A stretch of 32,000 bases of DNA from Telmatocola sphagniphila (GTDB lineage: Bacteria > Planctomycetota > Planctomycetia > Gemmatales > Gemmataceae). The notes under the pieces were generated by a model. The model made no database searches and was not told the origin of the DNA. It saw nothing but the letters and a program-made list of their open reading frames with translations. The stretch lies in NCBI RefSeq assembly GCF_018398935.1, contig NZ_CP074694.1:2010001-2042000 (forward strand). Reading direction: 5' to 3'. This document shows, piece after piece, positions 31,536-32,000 of this stretch (position 1 is its first letter; every line of letters starts with the position of its first letter). Made by a program: the position numbers and the translations under genes.

Positions 31536-32000
31536 GCCTCGGGCTGCACAATCCGTGGCAACTGTCAAGAAAGCATTTAAGTCGATTGCGAAGCAATATC
31601 TAAGAAGAGACAACTCGAGGTGAGCTGCAGCGCTTCTCGCCTCCTCAGTTTACATTAGCCAAGTGAAGCTTTTTCAAAAAAACGCTTTCCTCCCGGGCAC
31701 TTTTCTCTTCCATCCGGCATTTAACAGATAGCCCTATTTTCAGTCCCCGTCCATACGAGTGATCGTGAGGCGAACGTCGCTGAGGATTCGGGAAAGGACC
31801 GACAACACGAAGCCCCCTCGTGAAGCTGGATCTGAATCGGTTCTGGTGATTTTTAAGACCACCGATTCTTAGCACTGCAAAGGCCTAGATTGCCGGCGAA
31901 GCCCTGCTTGCAACCCATCTTTCCACTGATAGAAATCTAGCAAGCGTCCTATTCCCGCGAAAGCAAAAGATGACACGCGATCAAATGGATCGGCGAATTG

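Noticed and set aside
31645-32000. 76-aa minus-strand ORF 31645..31875, and an open minus-strand frame entering from the right edge (stop at 31869-31871, ...DFYQWKDGLQAGLRRQSRPLQC*).
   Set aside because: The first has an R/G-rich nonsense-like translation. The second shows only about 43 codons with no motif, which is insufficient to call a gene end.

Overview
The window is a mosaic accessory region, probably from a Planctomycetota-type chromosome. That assignment is an inference from the TIGR02999-like ECF sigma factor, the dense two-component signalling and the weak Shine-Dalgarno usage. There are four themes.

1. Candidate defence module (20012-26216, + strand). This is the most interesting part and matches no named system I know. 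It has three co-directional genes: a CBS-pair protein fused to a Swt1-like HEPN domain with an intact Rx4H motif, an 816-aa dynamin-superfamily GTPase, and a 915-aa SNF2-family helicase. The GTPase stop and helicase start share a GTGA overlap. An orphan 515-aa gene lies on the 5' side and IS debris on the 3' side.

2. Paralogous light-sensing operons. Two oppositely oriented two-component operons each end in a hybrid histidine kinase with a canonical LOV blue-light domain (NCRFLQG cysteine motif). The minus-strand copy (2549-6506) is low-GC, about 40-45% in spot counts. It sits between directly oriented IS66-family remnants. The plus-strand copy (11311-18144) is high-GC, about 55-65%. It also has an HD-GYP response regulator and three extra PAS domains.

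3. c-di-GMP enzymes. A GAF-PAS-GGDEF cyclase lies at 8534-10003 and the REC-HD-GYP gene sits inside the light operon.

4. Decayed insertion sequences from five families (ISL3, ISAs1, IS66, IS701-like, IS21). These include nested insertions, a tandem partial duplication, an IS end that supplies the last codons of a kinase gene, an IstA::TPR-like chimeric ORF, and a split ISL3 whose geometry fits a roughly 25-kb inversion.

The remaining genes are an ECF sigma factor, an S41 peptidase and an ankyrin-repeat protein. I found no rRNA, tRNA or CRISPR array. All calls come from reading the sequence and ORF translations. No database search was run.
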